This document shows, piece after piece, positions 60,718 through 64,000 of a stretch of DNA of 64,000 bases. Positions within the stretch are counted from its first letter, which is position 1, and every line of letters begins with the position of its first letter. The notes beneath the pieces are model-generated. The model searched no databases. It saw nothing but the letters and a program-made list of their open reading frames with translations, and was not told the origin of the DNA. This DNA is from Methylotenera sp. (GTDB lineage: Bacteria; Pseudomonadota; Gammaproteobacteria; Burkholderiales; Methylophilaceae), in the NCBI GenBank assembly GCA_021732405.1, contig JAKFVB010000022.1, positions 552-64,551 on the forward strand. The letters are read 5' to 3'. Made by a program: the position numbers and the translations under genes.

Positions 60718-61575
60718 TTAAGCAGCTTTATTACGACGACGTGCAATACCTGCCACCAAACCTAAACCAGCTAACAACATGGCATATGTTTCTGGTTCTG
60801 GCACTGGCGCTACTGCAATGCGCAAACGCCATTCGTCATTTTGTAAATAAGTGCTTACAACGATTGGTGCATTGTCAAATGAAAGCAACTGTGTATTTAG
60901 CGCAGGAGTATTTTGTGAACCAACTGTAGTTGTTTGCGCCAATAAGAATATACCTGTTGATGCACCTAAAATATTAGTTGTATCAGTAATATTGTTAGCG
61001 TAAGTACTACCGAAGTTACCTGCGTAAGCAGCGCCGTTTGTTGAGCTTGTAACAGCAAATGTATCTTCAGCAGGCTCAATAATAAAACCATTTGAAGTTA
61101 GTGCATAAGTCTGCCAAGCAGTGGCTGCTTGAGTCACAAGTTGGTTAGTTGATGTTAATGGGCCTGAATCACCTTGAGTGAACAATACACGTCTACGTCC
61201 AGTTACATCGATTGCACCTAAATTCCACTGTACTTGAGAAAAGTCAGCAAAATTAGCTGTGCTAAAACCAGTTAATGCTTGGTCAAAAATAACGCCATCA
61301 GCACCAATTAATGAAGAAGCCACTCTAGCATTTTCCAAAACAGCCACGTTACCTGCTGCTGTTGTAGGTGAATCTAAACCTGCTAAATCGTGAAAAACTC
61401 TATCCCAGTTTAAATCGTATGTATAACCAATACCTGCGTTAGCATCCCAAGCACTGAACACAAACTCTGAGCTGCCTGTTGTTGTTGACGAAGCAGCTGT
61501 AATTGCCGCGTTTACTGACATTGAAGATGCAGCTAAAACTACTGCCGCAACCAATGTATTTAATTTAATTTTCAT
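60718..61575 (-). CDS. PEP-CTERM sorting-domain protein
   Basis: Signal peptide; Thr/Ala/Ser-rich body; VPEPETYAMLLAGLGLVAGIARRR; AGGAG RBS. Confidence 0.92.
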   Translation of the reverse strand: MKIKLNTLVAAVVLAASSMSVNAAITAASSTTTGSSEFVFSAWDANAGIGYTYDLNWDRVFHDLAGLDSPTTAAGNVAVLENARVASSLIGADGVIFDQALTGFSTANFADFSQVQWNLGAIDVTGRRRVLFTQGDSGPLTSTNQLVTQAATAWQTYALTSNGFIIEPAEDTFAVTSSTNGAAYAGNFGSTYANNITDTTNILGASTGIFLLAQTTTVGSQNTPALNTQLLSFDNAPIVVSTYLQNDEWRLRIAVAPVPEPETYAMLLAGLGLVAGIARRRNKAA

Positions 61576-61929
61576 GCCGTACTCCTAAAAATAAAAAAAT
61601 GTAAAACTTAACTTCTAAACCACTCGAAAAAAACCTTCAAAATCTGTCGCTTAATATCTGCGTCGTTTAAAGCCATTTAACAAAATCACTCGCAACATCT
61701 TTATATTTAAGATGCATAGCCCACTTATATAATAAGTAATTGCTATCGCCTTACGACCGTTGCCATATTAATTGGGCAATGTGAAACCAACATGTTCAAA
61801 CATAGTCTGTTCGGCTTACATCAATTTGTTATTAAAGCTTTGTAGAAGCGCGTTGCTTTATTTTATAAAAACGCTTTTATTGATTGTGCTGATAATGCCC
61901 TCTAAATGTGACAGGCATTAAAAAATGGC

Positions 61930-61947
61930 ATAGTCCTATCGGACTAT
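61930..61947. promoter_or_regulatory. Palindromic operator candidate ATAGTCC-N4-GGACTAT
   Basis: Perfect 7-bp arms in the divergent promoter region; related copy at 19822-19839. Confidence 0.55.
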
Positions 61948-62010
61948 AAAAAAATTGACTTTACTGCCTGCAAAGGCCGCTGCTAAAGGCTTAGGCGCTG
62001 CAGTTACGGC

Positions 62011-62044
62011 GCGTCATCATGACGTCATTTTTCATTCTTATGAT
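62011..62044 (+). promoter_or_regulatory. Pho box-like promoter of dsbC
   Basis: GCGTCAT-CATG-ACGTCAT, 10 bp spacer, TATGAT (-10). Confidence 0.65.
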
Positions 62045-62107
62045 GTGGTTATTCATTATTGTGATGTTTATTTTTTTCTCATTTTTATCGTTTTTAAAAG
62101 GTTAACC

Positions 62108-62857
62108 ATGTCTTATTTCAATCGCACATTTATCAATCAAACCTTAAACATGTGCTTAATTTCTGCTGGTTTATACACAGTTTCATTGCCTGTTTTGGCG
62201 GATGAAGCCAGTGATATTGCGGCTATTAAATCTAATTTAGAAGCCAGAAAACCGCCATTGCTGGCAAAAAGTATTCAAGCATCACCTATTGCAGGTTTGT
62301 ATGAAGTATTTGCCAATGGCAATATTCTGTACGTTAATAAAAATGTGTCGCACGTGATTGTTGGCGGCGCTTTGTTAGATGGCGCAACCAAGCAAAACTT
62401 AACGGCAGAAAGATTAAAAGTTTTGACCACCATTAAGTTTGACAGCCTGCCACTTAAGAACGCCATTGAAATTAAAAAGGGCACTGGCGCGTATAAATTT
62501 GCCGTTTTTTCTGACCCTGATTGCCCATTTTGCAAAACATTAGAGCAAGGTTTAGATAAGCTGGATTTAACCGATTACACAGCTTATGTGTTTTTATTCC
62601 CGCTAAAAGAATTGCACCCTGATGCAGTGGCAAAAGCAGAATCAATTTGGTGTGCAAAAGATAAAAAAGAGGCATGGACTAACTTAATGGTAAAAGGCGA
62701 TGAGCCAGCAAAAGCCACCTGCGCCAACCCGATTGCAGAAAATGAAAAACTGGCTAATCAATTAGGCGTGGCGGGCACACCGACTATTTATTTAGAAGAT
62801 GGCCAACAAACGCAATCGCCACAAGAGTTGGTTAAGGCGATTAAAAAAGAGATTTAA
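62108..62857 (+). CDS. dsbC: Disulfide isomerase DsbC
   Basis: SPIAGLYEV dimerisation domain, FSDPDCPFCK, IWCAKD, GTPT; ATG 62108. Confidence 0.9.
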   Translation: MSYFNRTFINQTLNMCLISAGLYTVSLPVLADEASDIAAIKSNLEARKPPLLAKSIQASPIAGLYEVFANGNILYVNKNVSHVIVGGALLDGATKQNLTAERLKVLTTIKFDSLPLKNAIEIKKGTGAYKFAVFSDPDCPFCKTLEQGLDKLDLTDYTAYVFLFPLKELHPDAVAKAESIWCAKDKKEAWTNLMVKGDEPAKATCANPIAENEKLANQLGVAGTPTIYLEDGQQTQSPQELVKAIKKEI

Positions 62858-62878
62858 AAGAATCATTGATTTGGTAAA

Positions 62879-62910
62879 AAAATAAAAGCGATTCAGTTCG
62901 CTTTTATTTT
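62879..62910. terminator. Bidirectional terminator
   Basis: aaaataaaagcga-ttcagt-tcgcttttatttt between convergent dsbC and epsA. Confidence 0.8.
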
Positions 62911-62974
62911 GCCTAAGTTTTAAATGCTCATTGATTTTTTACAGTGAGATTAAACTGATACTTTACTCAATAGC

Positions 62975-63826
62975 TTAGTTATTTCTAACCTTAACTAAAC
63001 CCAATTTAGCGGCCTTAACCGCAGCCTGACCGCGATTTTGTACATCTAATTTGCGCAAAATATTTTGCACATGATTTTTAACGGTAAGCGGGCTAATATC
63101 TAAAATAGTCGAAATTTCCCAGTTAGTTTTACCCATGTGCACCCACTGCAAAATCTCTGACTCTCGCCCTGTGATTTTTTTTGCGGATTTGCTCACTTGT
63201 ACCACGCTGCTGCGATTGCTAGTGACGCGAATGAGCGCACAGTGCAGGTGCGGCATAATTAGTTCTAATATTCTGGAATGGTTGCTACTGATTTTTTTGG
63301 ATAAACGCCCAAACACCACAAATGTGGATATTCTAGTGTGATTATCGCCAAAGCCATGCGCTAAGAAATCACCCATTTCAGATGCTTTTAAGCTAGCTTG
63401 TGGTAAGTTAATTACCGAATATTGGTTAAATTCGTTGGCCTGCATTTGATTGGTGGCTAAAACAGGTTGCGCGGTTTTTTTCCAGGCATGCAGCGCTTGG
63501 CTGACCAAACCCACTTCACGCTCTATCGCTTCATTAAAACGTGTTTCATCAAAATAACGCGAGCTGGTGAAATATTCAAAATCATAATCTTCAGTTTCGT
63601 TAGATTTAATGCCAAAAATCATCACTTCGTGCGCAAGCAAATACTGAAAGCCTGCCTGCAACCAGTTAAACAAATGCGTGCGTTGCGATAAGCGCAGCGA
63701 TTCTTCGATGACTTCCATAAAAACAACGCGCTGCTCGTCATCTAAACAAGCTTCGGCTTTTACGGGTTCATCGAGATTAAAATTTGAGCTAATAATCATG
63801 CATTTTGTTTGTTTGTGCACAAACAT
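62975..63826 (-). CDS. epsA: XrtB/PEP-CTERM-associated LuxR-family regulator EpsA
   Basis: LIMPHLHCAL; HTH ITGRESEILQWVHMGKTNWEISTILDISPLTVKNHVQNILRKL. Confidence 0.85.
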   Translation of the reverse strand: MFVHKQTKCMIISSNFNLDEPVKAEACLDDEQRVVFMEVIEESLRLSQRTHLFNWLQAGFQYLLAHEVMIFGIKSNETEDYDFEYFTSSRYFDETRFNEAIEREVGLVSQALHAWKKTAQPVLATNQMQANEFNQYSVINLPQASLKASEMGDFLAHGFGDNHTRISTFVVFGRLSKKISSNHSRILELIMPHLHCALIRVTSNRSSVVQVSKSAKKITGRESEILQWVHMGKTNWEISTILDISPLTVKNHVQNILRKLDVQNRGQAAVKAAKLGLVKVRNN

Positions 63827-63844
63827 ATTTTATAAGTTGCAGGC

Positions 63845-63911
63845 AGTTTGGCCTTGTTTAGTGACAGCGTGATTAAGGTTAGATGGCAGTTTTTTTACAG
63901 TTTTGTAACAA
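63845..63911 (-). promoter_or_regulatory. Array of pho-box-like half-sites upstream of epsA
   Basis: TTGTTAC (63905), CTGTAAA (63894), CTGCCAT (63883) and CTGTCAC (63861) in 11-bp phase; then 10 bp and CAAACT. Confidence 0.65.
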
Positions 63912-63967
63912 AAGCCTAGTCATGTGCATCACTAAAAACTGTCATATTGCTAGTGAATAATAGCCAC

Positions 63968-64000
63968 ATGAAAAAAATCAACCTATTCAGTTTAAGTATT
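63968..64000 (+). CDS. Possible start of an exported protein, truncated by the window end
   Basis: ATG MKKINLFSLSI resembles a signal peptide; preceded by CTGTCAT-N10-AATAAT. Confidence 0.4.
   Translation, partial: MKKINLFSLSI

Noticed and set aside
61650-61680. GACGCAGA on the minus strand reminiscent of a c-di-GMP-I riboswitch
   Set aside because: Lacks the GGCAAAC and GNRA-tetraloop stem context.
61955-62107. N-terminal extension of dsbC in the ORF track
   Set aside because: TTG start overlaps the predicted promoter; ATG 62108 gives a normal signal peptide.
1-64000. CRISPR arrays, tRNA/rRNA, transposases, integrases
   Set aside because: None recognisable; intergenic gaps are short and the ORFs show no such motifs.

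Overview
AT-rich betaproteobacterial chromosome segment, most consistent with a Methylophilaceae (Methylotenera-like) methylotroph; this taxonomy is inferred from the XoxF4-type enzyme and the methanolan-type eps genes. Left part (1-18 kb): PhoH-family fragment, lplT, ndh, a lanthanide methanol dehydrogenase cluster (xoxF-xoxJ-xoxG plus a duplicated, lipidated xoxG), pip, a YihY-cNMP fusion, a TPR/2OG oxygenase, and a DSF quorum-sensing locus (rpfG, extra REC protein, rpfC, rpfF) beside fadL. Right part (18-64 kb): a ~45 kb, almost entirely minus-strand cell-surface island. It holds the exosortase B/PEP-CTERM system, an EpsD-I/L Wzx/Wzy polysaccharide cluster, and, inserted among them, a module of PstS-like exported protein, 3596-aa two-partner-secretion protein, TpsB, DUF2341-ExbB, two ExbD, TonB, putative porin and coiled-coil protein. 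Main observation: nearly every transcription unit of the island has PhoB-type boxes (CTGTCAT-like 7-mers, often in 11-bp phase), usually exactly 10 bp before a -10 hexamer. This suggests a phosphate-starvation-controlled, Ton-energised surface assembly/export system. All functional calls come from motif reading only; no database searches were run.
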